A stretch of DNA of 64,000 nucleotides from Alphaproteobacteria bacterium (GTDB lineage: Bacteria; Pseudomonadota; Alphaproteobacteria; SP197). Position 1 is the stretch's first letter, and the number at the start of each line of letters is the position of its first letter. Shown here piece after piece: positions 56,231-64,000 of this stretch. The DNA lies in the NCBI GenBank assembly GCA_965228895.1, contig OZ245842.1, positions 832,001-896,000 on the forward strand. The letters are read 5' to 3'. The notes under the pieces are model-generated. The model worked only from the letters and a program-made list of their open reading frames with translations, did not search any database and was not told the origin of the DNA. A program made the translations under genes and the position numbers.

Positions 56231-58592
56231 ATCGAACTGTTTTCGCATTAACGGGCTGGGCAATCTTCGTGCCGAGTACCGGCTGTTTCAAATCGCGGGA
56301 TTGCAGCGGGAAACGCCCGAATACTATGCGAATGTCCAGCGCATTGTTCGTCAATTGAGCTACCAGATGAAAGCGCCGGTGACGACTTACGACCTAGATC
56401 GGCAAACGTCTCTGGTTGTGCCCAAAGGTTTCGGCGATCCGCCGGATCATGTGACGCTGGTAGGTGCAGTGGCTGCCCTGAAGGACACCGGTGAGGCGAT
56501 TGAACTAAACTTTAAAAGGCCCTGCGCTGAGCTGGATCCCGTCAGGCTGCGGTTTCTGCAGTTTGTGTTTCAAGACCCGCTTTGGAACAACCCGCAGCTA
56601 TGGCAACCGAGCGCTGGCAAGCCGTTCTTTTTCAAGAAGCCGGCAAAGCAACTCGGAAAGCTCGATTTGTATGAAGGCTTCACCATAAGGGTGACGCCGC
56701 ATCCGGAAGGCGGCTTTGGGATCACGCTCGATTTGCGCAGGAAGTTGGTATCAAGATCGGCGCTTCCGGCAAACATGTCGCGGGAACAGGCCAACAAATT
56801 CAAGGGAAGGTCCTGCCTCTATAAAATGGGTCATGTCTGGTACGAAGTGAGCATTGCCGGGCTTGCGGACCTGAATATTGGGGAGCCGTCGATTCCGTTA
56901 AGCGGAAAGGCGGTGAGCTTGGTTGACTATCTTCACAGCAAGTCGCCAAAACCCGTTCCGTCCTCGATCGCCAACCTGTCTCCTGACGGCGCTGCAATCT
57001 ACTACAGGACCACCGGTCCGGATCAGAAGGCTGCACCGGCGCAGCTCTGTTATCTGGTGGAAGACACGCACGACCGGGAAGGAGCGCGGCATCAACCGGA
57101 AACCGTAATCGGGCCGTTTGATCGTCATCGGCAAATCGGCAGCATTGTTCGGCGCTTTCTCTCAAGTGTTTATGTTGGCGGCGCGAATTTGTCGGTTTCG
57201 GAGACTCCCGCGCGCATACGAACCAAACCGTTCGAAGTGCCAAGTTTGCTGTTGGGCAACAACACCGTGCTCTCGCTCGATAAGTCTGATCGCGGGATCG
57301 TGGCCGCGATAAAGGATTATGCACGAAGCCGACTGAATCTGCTGGATGATGAAGCCGCCGGGTTCTACGAGCGGAGCCTTCTGGACCGGCAGTACATCAT
57401 CTTGCCAAAAAGCATCGCGAACAGCAGCGGACAGCAGTTCCTCACTGAGCTCATGGCGCGCGTGGACGCGCTTTATCCCGTCGGAGGGGATTACCAACCC
57501 GAGTTGATTGTCTATGACGATCTCAGCCAAAGTAGGGACTTTGTAGGTCAGTCGCGAGCGATAAAGGAGGCCATTGAAGCCTCCGGGGTAAAGCCCGGAT
57601 ATGCGCTTATCATGGTGCACCGTTACGACCGCCGCGCCAGATCGGCAGACCAATTGGCCGCCTGGGTTGTCAAGGAGTTTGCACGGCAGTTTGAAGTTAA
57701 GGCATCCGTGGTTCACACCGACGTTATCAGGAAGTCCTACACGGGCGTGACCCGCGATGGTGAAACCAAATACGTCGTCAAAGCAGGTCAGCAGAAGCGG
57801 TTGTCAGGTTATCTGCGCAATGTTGCTCTCAACAAAGTGCTCCTTGCGAATGGGAAATGGCCGTTCGTGTTGAACTCATCTCTTCACGCGGATGTGGTGA
57901 TAGGGATTGATGTAAAGAACAGCACCGCTGCTTTCACGCTCATCGCGAATGGCGGAAGGATCATCCGGTTTTCTACAAGCCCGTCTAAGCAAAAAGAACA
58001 ATTGCTGAAAAATCAGGTTGCAAAGTTTGTAGGCGAACTCATTCGCAAGGAATCTTCGTATTTCGACAAGCCGCCTAAAGAGATTGTCATACATCGGGAC
58101 GGACGAGCTTGGAGATCGGAGATCGCCGGGCTGCACGAATCCTGCAGGAGCCTTGCTAGAGATGGATATCTGGATGCGGGTTGGCGGCTCACGGTGCTCG
58201 AGATTGCGAAAACCGCTCCGGCTCCGTTGCGGCTTTTCAATGTCAAGCCATCAAACAGAGGCGCCGGACTCTATGTTGAGAATCCGCTGGTGGGCAGCTG
58301 GGCAGAGATGTCCGAAGATGAAGGATTTGTATGCACGACGGGCAAGCCTTTCAGAATTCCTGGTACGGCAAACCCTTTGCACGTGCGGCGTGTCGCCGGA
58401 ACGATGCCGATGGAAAAGTGCCTGTCGGACGTGTTTTCCCTGAGCTGTTTGACATGGACACGCCCTGAAGGGGCCATACGCCTTCCAATCTCAATAAAAC
58501 TCTGTGACCGGAGCTTGTTTGACGAGGCCGCCGAATATGACGAGGACGCCATTAAGTTTGACAATGACAATTTGGCCGGGGCGATGAAATGA
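56220..58592 (+). CDS. ago: Long prokaryotic Argonaute (about 790 aa) with apparent DEDD catalytic tetrad
   Basis: PIWI motifs IGIDV, KEQL, IHRDGR, LEIAK, NPLVG, GTANPL, RLPISIKLCD; length fits N-L1-PAZ-L2-MID-PIWI. Confidence 0.88.
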   Translation: MSIESNCFRINGLGNLRAEYRLFQIAGLQRETPEYYANVQRIVRQLSYQMKAPVTTYDLDRQTSLVVPKGFGDPPDHVTLVGAVAALKDTGEAIELNFKRPCAELDPVRLRFLQFVFQDPLWNNPQLWQPSAGKPFFFKKPAKQLGKLDLYEGFTIRVTPHPEGGFGITLDLRRKLVSRSALPANMSREQANKFKGRSCLYKMGHVWYEVSIAGLADLNIGEPSIPLSGKAVSLVDYLHSKSPKPVPSSIANLSPDGAAIYYRTTGPDQKAAPAQLCYLVEDTHDREGARHQPETVIGPFDRHRQIGSIVRRFLSSVYVGGANLSVSETPARIRTKPFEVPSLLLGNNTVLSLDKSDRGIVAAIKDYARSRLNLLDDEAAGFYERSLLDRQYIILPKSIANSSGQQFLTELMARVDALYPVGGDYQPELIVYDDLSQSRDFVGQSRAIKEAIEASGVKPGYALIMVHRYDRRARSADQLAAWVVKEFARQFEVKASVVHTDVIRKSYTGVTRDGETKYVVKAGQQKRLSGYLRNVALNKVLLANGKWPFVLNSSLHADVVIGIDVKNSTAAFTLIANGGRIIRFSTSPSKQKEQLLKNQVAKFVGELIRKESSYFDKPPKEIVIHRDGRAWRSEIAGLHESCRSLARDGYLDAGWRLTVLEIAKTAPAPLRLFNVKPSNRGAGLYVENPLVGSWAEMSEDEGFVCTTGKPFRIPGTANPLHVRRVAGTMPMEKCLSDVFSLSCLTWTRPEGAIRLPISIKLCDRSLFDEAAEYDEDAIKFDNDNLAGAMK

Positions 58593-58957
58593 GCGATTTG
58601 AGCTTGTTGAGCGGGGTTTATGCGAATGTCGAGGAGTACGCGACCCTCGTTGATCGCGTTATTGAGCTCTTGAGGACAGCAGGCTCTGATCCGCGTAATC
58701 AGGATCAGAGCAAGCTCGCTCAGCTTCTCATCGACGCGGGCGACCAAGGGCTTACGTCGCAATCATATGAAGCATTGATGCTGGATAGCCTGCTGCGCTC
58801 AAGCACAGGCGAACCAGTGCTCAATCTTAAGCTTCTCGGCGAGCGTCTCCAAAGCCGCGAGGTTGATGCGATCTATCAAAAACAGCTTGAGATGCTCGCA
58901 TCGGAGTTGGAAGCGGAACGAGCAGAGGTGGCAAGCCGCCTCCGGGGACGTAAGTGA
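58589..58957 (+). CDS. Small Leu-rich helical hypothetical protein
   Basis: ATGA overlap with ago; 122 aa. Confidence 0.75.
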   Translation: MSDLSLLSGVYANVEEYATLVDRVIELLRTAGSDPRNQDQSKLAQLLIDAGDQGLTSQSYEALMLDSLLRSSTGEPVLNLKLLGERLQSREVDAIYQKQLEMLASELEAERAEVASRLRGRK

Positions 58958-60105
58958 TTGAAACCTACCTCATTGGCTCGATCAACCAGTCTTTGGAGAG
59001 AATACGCCAGCTCCGTCAAATCATTCAGGGACAATACCCGCGCGAATATGACGGGTTGCGGCAGGTCTGCTTAACCCGGCTTGACGCGGCGCAGGCCGAT
59101 CTCAAACGGCTGGCGCAGGAACCGGTGGTGGACAAGGGATTGCAAACGCCGCGCCGGATAAGAGAGTTCAAACGCGTGGTTGAACACCTTAACGCAGTTG
59201 AAGGCGTCGGCGTGTTTGCGCTCAAGAGGACGAGCGCCGAAGATCATGTTCTGAATTTCTTGATTACCGAACTGTGCCAAGAAATTCGGTACCCGCTTGT
59301 TCCCCCGGTGATTAGTCAGATGTCGCAAGATTATTTTCACATCTATCCGGAGTTCAATTTATTGTGCGTTCCCCTCATCGAAGGGCGCTTTCTTTTGCAC
59401 TTGCCGGATATCTATCACGAACTTTGCCATCCCTTTCATCGTGCGCAGCATACGGACTTGCCGACGCTCGAAGCCTATCACGCCTGTTTCAAGAACAGCC
59501 TGTTTGCGATGGTGGAGCACTTCCAGATTGAAGCCGTCGCGGCAGACCGTCTGCGCAAGCCCGAAGGTAAGCGTTTTCAGATACAACTCTGGAAAACTTG
59601 CTGGGTGAAATACTGGATGGAGGAATTGTACTGCGATCTGTTCGGGGTGCTGACTGCGGGGCCGGCCTTTGTCTGGTCGCACTATCATCTCTGCATCAAG
59701 CGGGGCGGCAATCCGTTTGAAACGCCTCTGACGTTCGCGGCAACACACCCTGCGGACGATGCGCGCATGAAAGCTATGCTGAAGATGCTGGCCCAGATGG
59801 ATGGGTATGACCCTGAAGCAGGGTCGATCAGGGATGCCTGGAGCGATTTTCTTCAGACAATGAGCTTCAGGCAAGAGCCGGAGTACCGGCAATGCTATTC
59901 CGATGATCTGCTTTCCGTCATTGTGAAGGAAGCCAAGAGCGGCGTGGAGAAGGTCGGCATTGAGACGGCCGGAAAAGACTCTCCGACCATGATCGTAAGC
60001 CTGCTCAATGATGCGTGGCGGGAGTTCTGGAAAAATCCGCAACGCTATCAGTCCTGGGAAGGTCAGAAGTTGGCCTGCCTGCAAAAGAGCATCGCCAAAA
60101 CCTGA
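58954..60105 (+). CDS. Putative HExxH zinc metallopeptidase (M48/Lit-like motif order)
   Basis: HELCH, EELYCDLFG, THPADDAR; GTGA overlap. Confidence 0.7.
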   Translation: MIETYLIGSINQSLERIRQLRQIIQGQYPREYDGLRQVCLTRLDAAQADLKRLAQEPVVDKGLQTPRRIREFKRVVEHLNAVEGVGVFALKRTSAEDHVLNFLITELCQEIRYPLVPPVISQMSQDYFHIYPEFNLLCVPLIEGRFLLHLPDIYHELCHPFHRAQHTDLPTLEAYHACFKNSLFAMVEHFQIEAVAADRLRKPEGKRFQIQLWKTCWVKYWMEELYCDLFGVLTAGPAFVWSHYHLCIKRGGNPFETPLTFAATHPADDARMKAMLKMLAQMDGYDPEAGSIRDAWSDFLQTMSFRQEPEYRQCYSDDLLSVIVKEAKSGVEKVGIETAGKDSPTMIVSLLNDAWREFWKNPQRYQSWEGQKLACLQKSIAKT

Positions 60106-60195
60106 GCGACGTTGCTCAAGGCATTTGACCATTCAGGAGAATACTGGACGCTTTAATACCTGTCTATTCGGCCAAACGAAATTTCGGAGCTTTAA

Positions 60196-60228
60196 GCGGG
60201 TGAGGTCTTGTTTTTTGACCTCATCCGC
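60196..60228 (+). terminator. Hairpin downstream of the Argonaute operon
   Basis: GCGGGTGAGGTC-ttgtttttt-GACCTCATCCGC inverted repeat; no clear downstream U tract. Confidence 0.5.
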
Positions 60229-60266
60229 AGTTGACCTTCACCCCTGAAACATCTCCGCTTTGAGGT

Positions 60267-60595
60267 TAGAGCGCTTTCCGATCAGTCGCGGTCATATCCT
60301 TGCACTCCTAGAGCGTGAAAGTGTCGATGGTTCGGGCGATGGCGTCCGAGAGATCATCGACGGTGCGTGCGGCGAGCTTCTATAGGAAGGCCCTGAACTT
60401 AGCGAAGGCAAGTTCGGTAGGATTGAAGTTGGGGCTGTAGGACGGCAGAGAGCGCAACTCGGCGCCGGCCGCCTCGATGGCCTGCCGGACGGCGGCCGGC
60501 TTGTGCGCCGGCAGGTTGTCCATGACGACGATGTGCCCCGGTGACAGTGTCGGCACCAGCACTTGCTCGACCTAGGCGAGGAACGCCTGGCCCCG
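60267..60595 (-). mobile_element. IS630-family transposase remnant
   Basis: [25 protein letters not shown] motifs with in-frame stops; ends in ...GGAAAGCGCTCTA. Confidence 0.85.
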
Positions 60596-60807
60596 CATTG
60601 TGCTGGGAATAAGTCACCACGGTCAATAACTTAGCCGACTGCTTTGACGACTAACGATGTAAATGATGATGTAGTGATAATGGTTTTGCGACTCTGGATG
60701 ACCACAGCCAATCATAAGTTCCAGCTCCCAGGTTCTAGTGGGAGGCGCGCAAACCAACTACCGATATTGGCCTTGAAAGTGGCGGTGTGACGATCCATGG
60801 GGCATCC

Positions 60808-61731
60808 TCACATCCGCTTGACGCTGCCGTCACCTGCGACGCAGATTACCGGCTCGACGAGTTCATACTCAGTCGCGTTTCGCTCAAAAGTCCCGATTCT
60901 TTCCTGTGAAAGTTCAAAGCTCATCAAATGCATGTCGGTCGTTTGATGATTGCCTTCGGCGGAGAACCCTGCATCAACGGCGATACCGCCACGTTCGGTG
61001 AGCAGATAGCGGGCATGGAAGTCCGCGCCGCCATTCTTCTGTCGCCAGCAGAAAATCGAGACACTAAGGCCGGCGGGAACGACACCGGGGAAAAGATTGT
61101 TGGCTTCCCGCTCCAGGTCTTCGTTCGTCGTCTTGTTGTCGTGATAGCGATAATGGATTTCGCAGATAGCATCCGGATTTTCGCCGCCGATGATGTTCAG
61201 ACACTCCCGCAACGTGTTCTTGTAGCGCTGGTTGAAGGGATCAAAGAACGGATCAACAAACAGGATGTGTGAGGCAGACCGGAGCATTTCCTTCATCGCT
61301 GCGGCGAGCGAAGGCGCGTCGCGTGTGATCGCACAATCATGTGGCACAGCCATGAGCGGGTGAAGCTCATCGAGGTCTTCGGCCAGTAAAACGGTATCGC
61401 TGCCGTCCGGATTCTGAGCCGCGATGATGGCCCGAAACGGATCGCGTTGTTGCTCAGTCAATGCGTTGTACAGCCAGTCGCCGGCGTCACGGTCATACGG
61501 ACGGCGCCTGCGCACCACCTTGTTCTTCCTTGCCAGATTAAGCGCTTCTTCGATGCGCTTTTTCTGGACCGGCGGCAAGCCGGCGGTCGCATCGTAAACT
61601 TCGCGGAACCATTTCTTCGGGAACTCAGATATCAGCCGGCCTTTATCGAAACCGAATTTCTCGATGACATACCGAAAGGTAGCCCAACTTGATCCAATCG
61701 CCTGCGGCTCTACCGCGTACTCGTAAAGCAT
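60808..61731 (-). CDS. Hypothetical protein coupled to the ATPase (C-terminal DP../H.R PLD-like motifs)
   Basis: TGATG overlap with the ATPase; FVDPFF and FHARYLLT..GG...D.GF. Confidence 0.7.
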   Translation of the reverse strand: MLYEYAVEPQAIGSSWATFRYVIEKFGFDKGRLISEFPKKWFREVYDATAGLPPVQKKRIEEALNLARKNKVVRRRRPYDRDAGDWLYNALTEQQRDPFRAIIAAQNPDGSDTVLLAEDLDELHPLMAVPHDCAITRDAPSLAAAMKEMLRSASHILFVDPFFDPFNQRYKNTLRECLNIIGGENPDAICEIHYRYHDNKTTNEDLEREANNLFPGVVPAGLSVSIFCWRQKNGGADFHARYLLTERGGIAVDAGFSAEGNHQTTDMHLMSFELSQERIGTFERNATEYELVEPVICVAGDGSVKRM

Positions 61732-63530
61732 CAGAAAAGCTCCCCGGCACGCTCCTCGAAGAAGCCATGAGGCCACTGGTCGCGGAATTCTCCGTGTTCA
61801 TCGATGCCAAGGCCGCGAAATTGCACGCCGTCAGGACCGCCCTCGACATAGATCACCGAGAGGTCGTCGGCGGTCAGGCCGTGTACGCCCGGCGGCAGCT
61901 CTTTCTCTGTCGTCTCCCTGATGCGCCGCAAGAGCCGCAGCATGATGTGCTCGCTGTGTGTCTCGACCAGCAGGCTGCGCTCAGGACCGACGGCGGGCTG
62001 CATTAAGGTAGTGGCTTCGATAAAAAGATCGCCGAGCCCGACCTGGATAGCGGGATGAATATGAAGCTCGGGCTGTTCGATAGCGATAAGGCCGTCGGGG
62101 TCCATCAGGCAAGCGACCACGACCGGGATCATTTGGGAAATGCCGACGCCGACATCGCCCGGCGCTACCACCAGACCTTTTTCAAGATCGAGCAGACCGA
62201 AATCCGTTACGGTATTCAATGATCCATAGAGCTCTTGAAGCTCGCCGAGATCATCATCGTCAATGCCCCGTTGGAATAGCTGATGAAAACGGCTCGTGTT
62301 AGGGATTTGCTTAAAGACAGTATTCTGCAGTTGATAGCCGGTGTGCAGTTTCATCTCTGATGATAGCCATTCATTCACCTGGTCCAAGAGCGCATCAGAT
62401 ATCTGCGTGTGAAGAACATCCCATGCCGCCAGGCCCTGCGCCCACCGTGATTCATCAGGAGACAGACGTGGCCTGTATCCTCGTGTCGGGATTTCCCGCA
62501 GCGGCCCGATATAGGTGAGCGCCTTGAGGTAGTCCCGCACGATGCGAACCGGCCCAAGCACGATTTCATCGAGCAGGGTGCTCAGACCAGCCCGGCGAGA
62601 GCTTTCTAATTCATATTCATCAGCGGCCCGCCACTCATCATTCTCGGACACCCGCAACACCGCAGCGCCGCGCGCATAGCGCATGCGTATTAGATTCTTG
62701 TCGGGTTCAACCAGATCGAGAACGAGCGGACGGTCGAGATCAGGTAAAGCCCCAAAATCGGTATCAACCTTGGCGCGGAAGCGAACACGCTCGTTGACCT
62801 GCCTGTCCGCAACGATCTGCCGGGATAGCTCATAGAGCTCATTGCCCAGCGGGGTTTTGAACGGATCGCCGTGTTCGTCGTCCTCTTCGGTCTCAACCAT
62901 GACCGGAGGGCTTTCCAGCACTTCAAAGGTATCGTCATCGGGATCGATAAGCTCTTGCAACAGGCGATGTTCCCAGTTGATCCCAGTCAGCTCAGTGAGT
63001 CCTTCCTGCGGCGGTGATCGGAGCTCGGCAAGCCTCTCGCCGTCCAATTCGATCGCTACGTTCGATACGTAAGGACCCTGGATGAGATCGCTCCAGGACA
63101 CCTCGATGCCAACACCAACGTCCTGCACGACGGCGTATTCTTTGAGCTCAGTATTTTCGCCGGCCAGATAGCGGACACGCAGATTGTTGAACTGCGTATC
63201 GAGCAAGTTGCCGCCCGAGTTCAGCGGCAGCCGTTCGTTGCCTTGGTCGTCCGTCAGGTCGATCCGAACCATGATGCGGATTACCCTGCCCAGCTCATGA
63301 CTATGAACGAGGCTCGCAAAGCCGCCTAAATCGATGAGTCCGCCGGCGATCGTTTGATCGGGGTCAGGATTTTGACGTTCAAGAATTTCGCGTAAGTAAT
63401 GCAGGGCCTGAAGGACTGTGCTCTTGCCGGCGCTGTTCGGGCCGAAAAGCAGAGTGATCGGTTTGAGGTCGATCGACTGTGTTTCGCCGATGCCTTTGAA
63501 GTTTTCGATTTCGATCTGGCGTAAGCGCAT
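61731..63530 (-). CDS. ABC-type (AAA_15/AAA_21-like) ATPase with DUF3696 C-terminus
   Basis: IENFKG, Walker A GPNSAGKS, GVGISQ, IEQPELHIHP, ETHSEH, WPHGFF. Confidence 0.88.
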   Translation of the reverse strand: MRLRQIEIENFKGIGETQSIDLKPITLLFGPNSAGKSTVLQALHYLREILERQNPDPDQTIAGGLIDLGGFASLVHSHELGRVIRIMVRIDLTDDQGNERLPLNSGGNLLDTQFNNLRVRYLAGENTELKEYAVVQDVGVGIEVSWSDLIQGPYVSNVAIELDGERLAELRSPPQEGLTELTGINWEHRLLQELIDPDDDTFEVLESPPVMVETEEDDEHGDPFKTPLGNELYELSRQIVADRQVNERVRFRAKVDTDFGALPDLDRPLVLDLVEPDKNLIRMRYARGAAVLRVSENDEWRAADEYELESSRRAGLSTLLDEIVLGPVRIVRDYLKALTYIGPLREIPTRGYRPRLSPDESRWAQGLAAWDVLHTQISDALLDQVNEWLSSEMKLHTGYQLQNTVFKQIPNTSRFHQLFQRGIDDDDLGELQELYGSLNTVTDFGLLDLEKGLVVAPGDVGVGISQMIPVVVACLMDPDGLIAIEQPELHIHPAIQVGLGDLFIEATTLMQPAVGPERSLLVETHSEHIMLRLLRRIRETTEKELPPGVHGLTADDLSVIYVEGGPDGVQFRGLGIDEHGEFRDQWPHGFFEERAGELF

Positions 63531-63539
63531 CGCGGCACC

Positions 63540-64000
63540 TCAAAGTTCACCGCGGAAGGCGCGAACAGATAGGCTTCCGAAAAGCTTTTCGCTTTCAGCG
63601 TAGCTGTCACGTAAACGCGCTGTCATTGCATTGATTTGTATGAATAATTCTCCAAATTTCTCTTGCTCCTCCTCACTGGGTCGCAGAAATTTAATCTCCT
63701 GGAATTTGCCTTTGCTAACCATTCCTTTCATCGAATTGGTTGAGTTTAACTGGATTAGATTTTTACTGACTAGAAATTGGGTATACAGAAAATACGGATT
63801 GACCGTGTCGTTGGGTATGACAGCATTTATTTGCTGATTGAATGCAACCTCACGGTCTGAAATAGCTGCGTTCCCAATAACGCTGGGGCTTCCCGCAATG
63901 CAAGTCACTAACGTTGATCCCGCTGGAGCTAGCCGTCCAAGCAGCTTCCCTGAATCACTTAAGTATTCTTCGGCTTTAGTCAGAAAATGGTCGGGCGTGT
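63540..64000 (-). CDS. hsdS: Type I restriction-modification specificity subunit, C-terminal part
   Basis: IGNAAI...AFNQQINA, P..EEQ.KF conserved helix, SL..RAFRGEL end; frame open to the window edge. Confidence 0.88.
   Translation of the reverse strand, partial: TPDHFLTKAEEYLSDSGKLLGRLAPAGSTLVTCIAGSPSVIGNAAISDREVAFNQQINAVIPNDTVNPYFLYTQFLVSKNLIQLNSTNSMKGMVSKGKFQEIKFLRPSEEEQEKFGELFIQINAMTARLRDSYAESEKLFGSLSVRAFRGEL

Larger units (their letters stand above)
43635..64000. mobile_element. Genomic (defence) island next to tRNA-Ser, extending beyond the window
   Basis: Housekeeping synteny ends abruptly; visibly lower GC; serine recombinase module next to the tRNA; IS remnants and defence genes. 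Confidence 0.8.

Noticed and set aside
49161-60270. Composite transposon bounded by IS3-like ends carrying both operons
   Set aside because: Both putative ends (49161, 60232) face the same direction, so they do not enclose the segment
54800-60800. CRISPR-Cas locus suggested by the Cas4-like gene
   Set aside because: No repeat-spacer array and no cas1/cas2 or effector cas genes visible in the window
43600-64000. Direct repeat of the tRNA 3' end (attR)
   Set aside because: None noticed by eye; the island runs past the window edge

Overview
High-GC alphaproteobacterial chromosome segment in three parts. (1) 1-5.9 kb: 3' end of an aquaporin gene, then a minus-strand cluster in which a lysozyme-like protein is followed by five paralogous exported DxDGDG/Cys-pair proteins, an effector plus poly-immunity-like layout. 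(2) 6-43.6 kb: housekeeping backbone (mmsA, mdh, two Cache-domain genes, sucCD-sucAB-lpdA, AsmA, MFS, xerC, tal, priA, atpHAGDC, rppH, ctpA, envC-like, gpmI, rlmH, rsfS, nadD, proA, proB, obgE, rpmA, rplU) ending at tRNA-Ser(CGA). (3) 43.6 kb to the window end: a lower-GC island. It carries a large serine recombinase/DUF2924/DUF3489 module, an Mrr-like nuclease, IS remnants, and a coupled five-gene operon (lipoprotein, small protein, atypical membrane-fusion protein, FN3 protein, PLA2-motif/CFI-box protein). It also carries a coupled five-gene Argonaute operon (XRE-HTH, Cas4-like nuclease, long pAgo with an apparent DEDD tetrad, small helical protein, HExxH metallopeptidase), a DUF3696 ABC-ATPase with a partner gene, and part of a type I hsdS. 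The strongest candidates for undescribed systems are the pAgo-Cas4-peptidase operon and the PLA2/MFP operon. All family calls come from motif recognition by eye; no searches were run.
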